Below are positions 28,101-37,900 of a stretch of 64,000 nt of DNA, piece by piece (position 1 is the first letter of the stretch; each line of letters starts with the position of its first letter). Source of the DNA: a virus (Duplodnaviria; Caudoviricetes); the IMG/VR virus record IMGVR_UViG_3300032331_000874, positions 46 to 64,045 of that record, one strand, 5' to 3'. The notes below the pieces were generated by a model that was given only the letters and a program-made list of their open reading frames with translations, made no database searches and was not told where the DNA came from. The position numbers and the translations under genes were made by a program.

Positions 28101-28657
28101 CTGACCAACTTGGTTTGGCTCCATTAGTAAAAGGCACTACAGGGCAGGGCGGGTATGTGTTTAACCAGCCACAGCAGGAAGCATCTATTGCGGGTGCGCT
28201 GCCGTACCAAGACATCATTAACCGTTTAGGTATTGGTGGGGTATACCAACAAATTGCAGACAAAGCACCAGCACTTCAACCCGGCGCGCAGTTTAATGTT
28301 GCACAGGGTTACACGCCAATTGGTCAAACAGCTAGACCGATGGCTGATGGTGGTTACGCTGGCGGTGGTTATCATTTGGGAGATTACTCAGATGGCGGCA
28401 GATTACTCAAAGGCCCCGGTGATGGAGTTAGTGATTCTATTCCTGCTTCCATTGGTAACAAGCAGCCTGCCCGTCTTGCTGATGGTGAGTTTGTTATTCC
28501 CGCACGGATTGTGTCTGAGTTGGGTAACGGTTCTACCGAAGCAGGTGCACGTCAGTTGTACGCCATGATGGACCGAGTACAAAAGAAACGCAGAGCTACG
28601 GTTGGTAAAGGAAAAGTTGCGGTAAATAGCCGAGCGCATCAAGTATTACCTGCATGA
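25169..28657 (+). CDS. Internal virion/ejection protein (1162 aa)
   Basis: GRGGDTMLVHM N-domain, Gly/Ala hydrophobic stretch, long coiled coil, DUF4214-like repeats, C-terminal GPGDGVSDSIPA...LADGEFVIPA domain. Confidence 0.75.
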   Translation: MSLQNLANQMQSTGRGGDTMLVHMNPKEVAGLQQLAMAHGGSLTINPQTGLPEAGFLSSLLPTVLGMALAPATGGASLGLTEAWQTAALVGAGTGLMTGSLKKGLMAGLGAFGGAGMAPGIMGASTAAPTAAANVVGNTAQNMGALYQGGANAATGAGASLGTAQNMGVLNQNAALAPVTNTAQNMGPLYQGAGVPPTSTAINTPVVGQGGAPSVFDKFGSGLKNIITNQDGAGSRFVDENKKNLLSSGISMLMSPEEKEAEKKRKEEEQYVFHRWPSNYSRQQMSDRPAGSTSERTYFAASGGMVPGPEEHGTVEHMSQMNANSVGGNMRYPMASQTTPTYAMPAERPISQNVIYPATDEPVDAYTGMPTAKMMASGGIASLAAFAPGGSVGFKSKLTAVKAPTKVAPKTTDTSKLEAAIKAAQKYGSSEEQTNKYNDLTNQIKDRQNEKASKAKELADRQKSYAADLKRMQGEQAARVKELNTEYGNKVKDFNADTQKELKSRQADIKNTKDKNEQKQKQAELAEWQKGRANDLANINKDKTNAINDAGNDIKNFTNDFNNYKNEIATFNKDADTQISTLAKDQATAKQYAGLAKTREGQEKQFEDTKSANQKLLDKANEDFEAATNKYTDYQNALKDEKAKWEEETKRTTSGIAARGTYTKAPGNETAADLQSRIDYIVKHPEGAGAMGATYLTKEQKDQVAKLKDQLTSASNTKVYNPATGQYEANTTKTYQELKAAPSYDTTKKIQEEDNVRQIFEELTGRSPTQDELKQFGFGKNMSDQDVVNAITNKKSGLAELNMTAQFSDDDLNDQAKYYWGRAMTKGELAYFKDPANKITNFNALRSVMQNNPAYLQNLNKINQAAFNKEQTAAQVAMEGPVTKEQVSSLYQDLFGKPPTDEQLSAALSSGASKSQLTAQLKASPEYSAKMTQPLVPEVKQTTAGIPAINTGPAMTQERMNALLAAYNTAPAGGQQTADQLGLAPLVKGTTGQGGYVFNQPQQEASIAGALPYQDIINRLGIGGVYQQIADKAPALQPGAQFNVAQGYTPIGQTARPMADGGYAGGGYHLGDYSDGGRLLKGPGDGVSDSIPASIGNKQPARLADGEFVIPARIVSELGNGSTEAGARQLYAMMDRVQKKRRATVGKGKVAVNSRAHQVLPA
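25580..25743 (+). repeat. Three imperfect copies of TAQNMG(A/V/P)L(Y/N)Q within the ejection protein
   Basis: CAAAACATGGG core repeated three times. Confidence 0.7.
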
Positions 28658-29085
28658 AGCTACAACTTAGTTTAATACCGCACGGTATGTTTTACAGGGT
28701 GTTGCCTGCCCTGATGCCGTACTTAGAAGAATCTGTTGTTCGTAGCCGTGGGCGCGTAGTTGTTGATGATTTAATTCGTATTATCGTAAACGGCGAAATG
28801 CAGTTATGGGTAGTGTACGAAGAAGACAGCAATCAGATATACGGGCACTTTATGACGGAGGTACGTAAGTACCCACAAATGCAGTTGCTAGTAATACAGT
28901 ACGCAGCAATGGAGCCTAATCACATGGCTCAGATAGAAGATCAAATGCAAGAATACGCAACTAGGTTTGCAAAAGAAATGGGTTGCGCTGGTATAGAGTT
29001 TATTGGCAGACCGGGTTGGAAAAAACACGCGACTAAATATGGGTACCAAGCGCAGAGCGTGACGTACCAAAAATTTTTTGAATAG
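28654..29085 (+). CDS. GNAT-fold-like virion morphogenesis protein
   Basis: GCAGIEFIGRPGWKK motif; position among ejection genes. Confidence 0.6.
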   Translation: MKLQLSLIPHGMFYRVLPALMPYLEESVVRSRGRVVVDDLIRIIVNGEMQLWVVYEEDSNQIYGHFMTEVRKYPQMQLLVIQYAAMEPNHMAQIEDQMQEYATRFAKEMGCAGIEFIGRPGWKKHATKYGYQAQSVTYQKFFE

Positions 29086-29093
29086 AGGCGACT

Positions 29094-30245
29094 ATGAGCC
29101 GAGTATCGTATGCAATGATGGAAGCTGGGTATATACCCGGCGACTTGGGCGCGTTTAAAAAAGAGGGCGGCAAAATCAAGCTGTATGGTGATAGCCCTCC
29201 TTCGACCCCTACTAGCCAAACAGTTACCAACCTATCGTATCCAGATTGGGCAAAACCGTACGTTAGAGAAACGGTTGAAAACGCTTTAGTTCAAGCAAAG
29301 TCGCCTTATCAAGCATACCAAGGGCAACGACTTGCTGGGTTTGACCCGCTTCAACTAACTGCACAGCAAGCTGTCGCTAACATTACTCCATCCCAGCAAC
29401 TTGGACCCGCCACACAATACGCGGCTTCGGCAGGACTGCAAGCTGGCAACATGCAGTACAACCCCATGTATGCGCAGACAGGCTCGTTTACTCAACCGGG
29501 CGTAGCTGGGCAGTACATGTCGCCTTATACGCAGAACGTCATCGACATACAGAACCGTGAAGCGGCTCGTCAATCTGAAATACAAAGAAACCAAAACCAA
29601 GCACAAGCTGTAGGTCAAGGTGCGTTTGGTGGTTCACGTTCGGCTATTGTTGAAGCAGAACGTCAACGTAATTTGATGCAGCAACAAGGCGACATCCAGC
29701 AAAAAGGCCAGCAAGCAGCCTACGAACAAGCGCAAAACTTGTATGGCAACGAGCAACAACGCGCGCTGCAAGCTCAACAGCAAACAGAACAGTCACGCCA
29801 ATATGGTGCAGGTCTTGGTTTACAAGGATTGCAAACACAGTTGCAAGCAGCAGGGCAGCTTGGTTCTCTTGGTGGACAACAGTTCCAGCAACAAACAGAC
29901 ATCATCAATGCGCTAAATGCAGCCGGTGCGCAACGTCAAGGTTTGAACCAACAGCGACTGTCGCAAGACTATCAGGACTTCCTGACACAGAAACAATACC
30001 CGTACCAGCAAATTGCTTTTGCTAACGAAATGATTAAAGGTGTGCCAACACAGACTACACAGTCTATGTATGCAGCGCCACCTTCACTTACGTCTCAGCT
30101 AGGCGGTTTGGGTTTGGCAGCGTATGGATTATTTGGTGCAGGTAAAGCTGAAGGCGGTAAGATTGAAGAAGACCGTATGGAGCAGGGCTATCCGGGTCTG
30201 GGTGAATTAGCAATGTACAACGCAATGCAGAGAGCGCGAGGCTAA
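29094..30245 (+). CDS. Gln-rich DNA ejection/pilot protein
   Basis: YMSPY, GAFGGSR motifs, Q-rich, Gly-rich hydrophobic C-terminus. Confidence 0.75.
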   Translation: MSRVSYAMMEAGYIPGDLGAFKKEGGKIKLYGDSPPSTPTSQTVTNLSYPDWAKPYVRETVENALVQAKSPYQAYQGQRLAGFDPLQLTAQQAVANITPSQQLGPATQYAASAGLQAGNMQYNPMYAQTGSFTQPGVAGQYMSPYTQNVIDIQNREAARQSEIQRNQNQAQAVGQGAFGGSRSAIVEAERQRNLMQQQGDIQQKGQQAAYEQAQNLYGNEQQRALQAQQQTEQSRQYGAGLGLQGLQTQLQAAGQLGSLGGQQFQQQTDIINALNAAGAQRQGLNQQRLSQDYQDFLTQKQYPYQQIAFANEMIKGVPTQTTQSMYAAPPSLTSQLGGLGLAAYGLFGAGKAEGGKIEEDRMEQGYPGLGELAMYNAMQRARG

Positions 30246-30246
30246 T

Positions 30247-31971
30247 ATGATAGGCATGCCAAACATCAATCAGTATTTTAAAGCGGCTATGGGCTATGAC
30301 CTAGCCAAGCTTCAAGCTGTCATTCGTGGGCAAGACCATTCTATCCCTATGGTTGCCGCTATGGCTGCGTTTGAACTTAAAAAGCCAATGATTACGGCTA
30401 TGCAAGCGCAACAAGCAGCGCAACAAAAATCTACGTTTACTGTACGCGACAAGCTTGAAGACGAGATGCAGCCCAAAGGCATGATGCCTGACAATGCCAT
30501 GATGGCTGCACATCAACAGCAACAAGGTTCTCTGCCTGAGAATACAGGCATTGGGCAACTACCAGCACCTAACATGCAGACTATGCACGCTGCTAACGGC
30601 GGCATTATTGCGTTTGATGATGGTGGTTATGTACCGGGCTACGCTGGTAACGATTTGTTTGCTGGCAGTGATGTTGATGAGGAAGAAGTTGCTGCGTTAG
30701 ATGCAGACCAAGTTTTAACTCCCGGTCGCGGCAGAGGCGCTCCGCCTAAAGGTGGCATACCCGAAAAGACACGAAAAGTTTTAGAAAATAAAGACAAGGA
30801 CAAAGGCAAAACTAAAGGACGTGGTGGAGTCCCTATTAAAGATACCAACATCCTTGATGAGTTGATAGGAAAACCCACGCCTAGCCCCAACCGTCCTAGT
30901 GCCGCAACGCCAGATATAACACCCCCACTTGCGCAATCTGAAGTAGATAGGTTAGTGCAAGCAAACAAGAGCATGCAAAACATGCCTCGTGAGGCAGCAA
31001 CACCTACTTTATCTGTGCCTCCTACAGAAAGACGTACCGCGCCTACAGCTTACGCAACACCTGCTGCGCCTCAAGGACCAGATACAGAACAACAGATGGC
31101 TGATACGCTTTCTAGGATTTCTGGCACACAAGACGCTGAAATTAAAAACCAATACAAAGACCTTGAAAAACAAACTGCTACAGGCATAGAAGCGTTGCGT
31201 AGAGAAAGAGCGATAGGCAAACCAACAGGCCAAGCATACTCAGGCTTAGAAGCATCGTTAAAGAAAGACGAAGAAGCGGTTAAAGGCAAAGAAGACAAAA
31301 ACTTGCAGATGGCGTTAATCAATGCTGGCTTAGCTATTGCTGGCGGCACATCCCGTTATGCGCTTGAGAACATTGGTAAAGGCGCAATGGTTGGTACTAA
31401 ACAATATATGGATGGGTTGGACAAACTGGAAGCCGCCGCTAAAGACCGCCAGAAAATGTCAGCTATGATTGAAGAAGCACGTCGTGCTGAAGCTCGTGGT
31501 GATTGGAAAGAAAAGAATGACTTTGAATCCAAAGCGTTTGAACTAGGTATTAGTTCGCGTAAACAAAGTATTGATGCGTTAAGTAAAATCTACGACACCA
31601 ATAAAAAAGCGGCAGTTGATATTTTTAACAGGTTAGAGCAAGATAAAAGCGCTAACATTCGCAACAGAGAAACTAACGCAGCGCATTTGCAAGGCCAAAA
31701 TATTATGGCTAACGCATATAAAGAGCGTGCTGGTGCTGCTAACAACCCAGTCAATGTTGCAATGGATAACGCTCGTCAAGAGTGGGATGCTTTTACCAAA
31801 GACAAGGGGAACATGCTGCTAAAGCCAGAACAAAAAGCTTTAAAACAACGTGAGATATATGAACGCGTATTTAGAGCGCATGGTTTGCCTAGCCCATTTA
31901 GTACAGGCGCATCGCCTGCTGGCGGTGGACAACGTGTTCCGTTGTCACAAAGATCTGATCTGTTCCAATAA
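30247..31971 (+). CDS. Internal virion/ejection protein (574 aa)
   Basis: ANGGIIAFDDGG, ALINAGLAIAGGTS motifs; coiled coil. Confidence 0.7.
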   Translation: MIGMPNINQYFKAAMGYDLAKLQAVIRGQDHSIPMVAAMAAFELKKPMITAMQAQQAAQQKSTFTVRDKLEDEMQPKGMMPDNAMMAAHQQQQGSLPENTGIGQLPAPNMQTMHAANGGIIAFDDGGYVPGYAGNDLFAGSDVDEEEVAALDADQVLTPGRGRGAPPKGGIPEKTRKVLENKDKDKGKTKGRGGVPIKDTNILDELIGKPTPSPNRPSAATPDITPPLAQSEVDRLVQANKSMQNMPREAATPTLSVPPTERRTAPTAYATPAAPQGPDTEQQMADTLSRISGTQDAEIKNQYKDLEKQTATGIEALRRERAIGKPTGQAYSGLEASLKKDEEAVKGKEDKNLQMALINAGLAIAGGTSRYALENIGKGAMVGTKQYMDGLDKLEAAAKDRQKMSAMIEEARRAEARGDWKEKNDFESKAFELGISSRKQSIDALSKIYDTNKKAAVDIFNRLEQDKSANIRNRETNAAHLQGQNIMANAYKERAGAANNPVNVAMDNARQEWDAFTKDKGNMLLKPEQKALKQREIYERVFRAHGLPSPFSTGASPAGGGQRVPLSQRSDLFQ

Positions 31972-31980
31972 GGACAAGTC

Positions 31981-34900
31981 ATGCCGTTAAATGTAGAACG
32001 CGCCTTACAAGAAGGCTACCCTCTTTCAGAGATTGCTGATGTATTGGCGAAAGAAACACGCTTTAATATTGGCAAAGCAAGAGAAGAAGGTTACAACGAT
32101 AACGATATTGTTGACCTGCTGTCTAAAAAGCGTTCGCAAGCGCAACCACAGGCCGGGTTTGTCCCTGCTTTTAAATCAGGCGTAGAAGGACTTAAAGGCG
32201 ATATAGGTGCGCTTGGCGTTGGAGCCAATGTGCAAGGCGCTGAAGAGTACGTCAAACAACAGCGCGAAAAACAAGCACAGATATATAAGCAGCCTGAGTT
32301 TAGTGAATCTCCTGTTTCCTATCTTACTGGTTTGCTTGGACAATCCGTTCCTTATATGTTGGCTCCTGCTGCCGCAGGTGCAGCAGCTTTTGCCGCAGTC
32401 CCCGCTGGCGCAACTGCGCTTACTGCCAGTATTGCTTCTGGTCTAGCTGCTGGTTTAGCGTCCGCTACGCAGTTCACTGGCTCAAATATTTCTCGTCAGT
32501 TAGAAGCAGGCAAAGCTGGTAAAGACGTTGACGTTGCTAAAGCTGTAGCTGCGGCTATTCCACAAGCAGCGCTTGATACGTTCAGTATGCGTATGGTCCC
32601 CGGGCTGGGTAAGATATTTGGCAAAGCCGGTATCGAAATGACCGAGGCAGAGCTTGAGCAAGTAGCCAAGCATGGGCTAGTTAGCGGCGTAGCTGACAAA
32701 GTACGTAAGTACGGACCCGCCGTAATTAAAACGGCTGGCGCTGAAGGTTTAACAGAATCTGCACAACAAGTTCTTGAGCGTGCGCAAGCTGGCTTAAACT
32801 TGACTGATGAAGAAGCAAAGAAAGAATACTACGACAACTTCATAGGCGGCGCGCTTCTCGGTGGCACACTAGCTATACCCGGTCACGCTATGGAGCGTGG
32901 TGCGGCTCGTCAAGAAGCACAGCAAAAGAAAGACGAACGCTTAGCTAAAGAACGTGAAGCAGAACGTCAAAAGGAAGAAGCATACAAACAGTCTGACGAA
33001 TACTTCGTCAAACTTGATACGCAGTTTACTGACCTCAAAAAACAACAACAAGATTTAATTGCTCAACGCGGCAAGAAGCCCGGCAAAGATGCTGACGAGG
33101 ATGCTAAAACTCAGTACAACGAATTAACAAATCAGATCAAAGATTTAAACGGGCAGCTCAAAGATGTAGCGGCAGAACACAAAGCCGCGCTGCCGCGTAT
33201 TACCGCTATTAAAGCCGAGGCTGAACGCCAAGGCATGACCCCAGAAGAATACTTCTTGAAACAGATGGGCGAGAAGCCGCCCGAAGAAGCTAAGCCCAAA
33301 GAAGAGCCAACTGAAACAGGCATGGCTGATTTGGTTGAAGGCAAGTTTGAACGTGTCAACCCACTACAAAAACAACTAGACCAGCGTCTACAAGGGATAC
33401 GTTACTTTGACCGCATGAAAGAGCATGCGGTAGTGGCACGGCATATTGCTGAAGACCCACAGCTTGCAGAAGCGTTTGTTAACGGCGAACTAAAGATACC
33501 TGAACTAAACGCCAAGGATATTAAAACTATCCAAAAGGCTATGCCGTTGCAGCTTAAAGCCATTGAAGAAGAACGTGCGGCTGAAGCAGAGAAAAAAGTT
33601 GGCGAAGAAAAAGGTGCGTTGTTCCGCATTTCTGAAAACGTCCGTGCAGCAGAAGACATCAATCGCCGCTTAGACTCAGAGCGTTACGCGCTGCGTAATA
33701 TTGCTCAGGATGAAAGCAACCCTGTTGGCATCAACGAGAAGCTAAACGAAATTGTTCGTTTACTAGAAGCCAAAACAAAAACAACTGTTGAGAGTGAAGT
33801 TAAACGCGCAGCTAAGCCCGGTGCTGTTGTAGGCCGCCGTACGGCGGGAGAAGGCAGACGTACTGAACGTGCGCCAGCACTTGTACTTAATGAAGAGACT
33901 GGTGAATACGAAGAACAGAAAACGCCGGGAGATGCAGCCGCACTACGCATAGGTCCTGATAGCGAACTGCTTCGTATGATTGAACAGTTTCGCGTTCTTC
34001 AACAACAGAAAGGCGCAGCACGCGACAGCGCTGAGTTAACTGAATTAGCAGAAAAGATTCGTTTAGCTGCACAGCCGCAGCGTAATGAAGTCATCGGTGG
34101 CCCCACGCTTGAGATTGTTAGCTTGCTGGAGAAGCCCGGCCAGAAGAGTACGTACATAGCTGAGCTTGACCGCCTGTCAAAAGAACAGGATGAAGCGTTT
34201 CCTGCCGCGCTAGACGCTGTACGCGCAGCGTCGGAGTATCGTAAAAACCCTGAAGCACCTCCACTCACAGGCACACTAAGCGCTAAATCTGGGTCGCCAG
34301 AACAACGTATTGAAGCAGAAAGCGCACGGTTAGATGCCGAGGAACGTAAAGCTCGTGGCCGGTTTACTACTGCGGTACTGCAAGAGGTTGAAGCTAACCG
34401 CCGTGCAAACGCTGTGCCTTCGGTTACTAAAGACGAAGCTAACCTTATTGCTGGTCGTGTTAACAACATGTTGCAGATGGCTGCTGCCCGTAAGTTTGGT
34501 GCGCCTACAGAAGCAATGGATGTTATACGTGACGACATCGCAAAGCTTGTAACCCAGTATAGCGATGTTGAGCGTGTAAAAGGCACACCTAAACGTGTTG
34601 AGTTAGTTGGGCCTAGAAAACCTGCAGCTACAGAAGAAGTAGCCGTAGAAGAAGTAAAAGCAGAACCAGCAGTAGAAGAGGCTGCTCCTGTTGTCCCATA
34701 TAACGAAGAGCCGGGTTCTTTCTTAGCTAACTTTAGACAATTTACTCAAACACAAAAAGAAGAACGTGAAGAGATAAAGAAAGAAGTTAAACAGGTAACT
34801 GCTGCCAGCAAACAAGAAGGCATGACTGCCAAACGCGCATTAAACATTGTTAATGCGCACATCGATGCTATGGCAGCAAAGCTTGAGACGTTAGTTAATG

Positions 34901-37900
34901 CTGTAAGACAACAACGCCGTATTGCAGAACGCTCTGGCACTAAATCGCCCGGCTACGCAAAAGTTGAAGCTGACATTAACAAAAAGCTTGAAGCATTTGC
35001 TGAAGATCAGAAAAAAGTACAACAGTACTACGAGACATTAAAGCGTTATCGCGGTATACAAGATCAGTCCGCTGATGCACTGGTCAAAGTGTATAACCAG
35101 CTTGATAAACAACGCCGTGACGTAGAGAAACGAAGAGACGCGTTAAAGCCTAATACACCACAGGCACGTACCGCATTGCGTGCGTACAACCAGCAGATTG
35201 CTGAGATTGATAAAGAGTTTGAAGAAATGCGCTCTGGGTTTGCATCCAGCGGCAAAGAAATTGATACCGCCGTTACAGCGTTTGAAAAGAAAATTCAAAG
35301 CATACAGAACTTCCAAGATGCTCTTGCTGACAACGCTGCAATAGCGCGTCAACCAGCCTTGCAATACCTAAAAGACTACATAGGTAGAAACAAAGCCGTT
35401 AAAGCTGCGCTTGAAGAAGCTACTGGTCTGCGTAAAGTATTTGATACGTTACAGCAACAACGCCGTGAGTTTATAAGCAAGGTAGCCGGAGCTAAACGTA
35501 CAGCCGCTGCTATTGAAGCAGGTCAAGGTAAGACTGCTGCACAACGTATGGCAGAAGACCAAGCTGCGCTTGCAAGACAGCAAGGTCTTGGGTTACCCGG
35601 AACAAAAGTTACTCGCGCTGATATTAAGTCTGATATTGCTGCTGCTGAAGATACGCTGGCAGAAGAACGTGATCGTCTTGAAAAAATGCGTGACGACCGT
35701 GAAGACATGAATACCCGCGAAGGTATTGATAAACAAGAAAAGTCTGCGCTTACCCGTTTAATTAAAACGGCAGAAGACAAAACTATTCCTAATATTGAAA
35801 GTGAGATAGGTAGCCTAAAACAAGAAGCTAAAGGCATGACCGAACCCGCAGTAAAAGAAAAAGCTAAACCAGAAGGCGCTTTACCCGCAGGTAAACAAGA
35901 AAAAGCTAAAGCAAAGTTTGAAGAAGCGTTTGAAGAATTTTTATTAACAAAAGACCTTTCGCGTGAGTTTGACGAAGAAGGTTTTCCAATTAAAAAAGTA
36001 CGTGGCCCTTATACAAAAACGCTAAGCCCACCACAAATTCGCACATCGGCAGCCGCAGCCGCTGGTCCTGTACGTGTAGCAACTGCTGAACAAAAAGCAA
36101 AAGCAGCGGAACGCATAGCTAAAGAAAAACCAAGAAGCGAGATCGACACAACTAACACAGGTTGGGAACGCTTTACTAAAAATAAAACAGTATTCCGTGT
36201 AGGCAAAGAACCTGCCACACCAGTTGACGCTAAAGAAGCGCAAGCCTACATAGATCAGGTTACCAACGAGTTGCCTGATAGCATTAACTTTACATACGCT
36301 AAAGACATACAAAGTTTGCCTGAAGAATTTATTGGTTACATGATTGACCAAAAGGTAGACATTCTGAAAGACGGCGGCAAGATAAAAGGCGGCGTTACGC
36401 CTGAAGGCAAAGTGTTTGTTATTGGCGCAGCGCATAAGTCGATGGCTGATTTAGAGTTGACTGTTGCTCATGAAATTGTAGGCCACTACGGTATCGACGC
36501 TATGCTTGGCCCTAAAGGTATGGGCGCGTTGGTTCGTGCTGTAGAACGTGGCGAAGGTGGTGTAATGGGGTTGGCTAAACGTCTGGGTGTTGAAGAAGGC
36601 GTACAGCAAACCATGCTTGCCTATGATGAGCAAATACAGGCAGCTAAAGACCGTAACGCATCAGCTAAAGAAATAGCTGACTTGGAAAAAGCCAAACGCA
36701 TTACCGTGGTGCGTGAACTGGTTGCGTATTCTGCTGAGCGCACGTTTACTGACAAGGCTGAAGCTAAGACGTGGATGCAGAAAGCTAACAACTTTATTAA
36801 AGAAATTGTAGCTGCCCTGCGTAACCGCCTAATCAAGATGGGCTTTAAGTATTTGATTACGGCAGACACCAAAGACATCTACCGTTTGCTACAAGAATCT
36901 GCGCGGTCTATTGGCGATAAAACAGTTGGCGCTTATCAAACAATTGATGGTGACATGGTGTTCCGCCGTGAAGCTATGTATGGCAATACGCCAACAGACG
37001 TAAAAAATACAGTAAACGCTGTTGTTAAAGGTCCTACAACAATTGCTGATCGTATTAGGTCTGAGGTTACAGGCATTGGCGCACGCACTATGTTTGTTGA
37101 TCGTTTTGCACCTTTGCAAAATGTAGCCGACTATTTAAAGAAATCATCGCAAGCTATGCAGATGATGTACTACGCTCGTATGCACGATCAACGTATGGCG
37201 TGGACAGCTTCTACCGTTAATGATGGCGCACCTACGCTTGAGGTAGATGAAAAAGGTAACCGCATTATTAAGACGCGGGGTGGCGCTAATTTAAATCAAA
37301 TTGCTAACAAGCTGGCTGAAGTTAAAGGCTACGGCAACGCTGAAGCTGTACGCAATTTGTTTACAACCTATTTAGCTGCACACCGTGCCAAGAACAAAGG
37401 CATCAACACCCTAAACTTTTCTGGCGCTGTAACACCTGCTGAACTTAAGCGCGTCATGGATTTGGGCGACAGCATCCCGCAGTTTGTAGAAGCACGGAAG
37501 ATGTACAACGAGTACAACAACGGCTTAATAAACTGGATAGCTGAAGCTGGCGCTATTGATAAAGCCGTAGCAACGCAACTAACTAAAGACCAAGACTACG
37601 TACCGTTCTATCGCGCTATTGGCGACAATGTAGTTATGGAAGTTGCTGGCTCACAGACTATTACTATTGGCAACATACAGAACCAACCATACTTAAAAGA
37701 GTTAGTTGGTGGCGACCAGAAAATTCAGGACTTCTTCACGTCTTCGCTGCAAAACACTAGCATGCTGGTGGATATGGGCTTGCGTAACTTAGCCACTAAA
37801 GAAGCGGTGTTCTCACTGCAAGAAGCTGGACTGCTTCAACAACTTGGTACGTACAAAGGCAAGCCAACATACATGGCTAACGGGCATGGCCCAACGCAAC

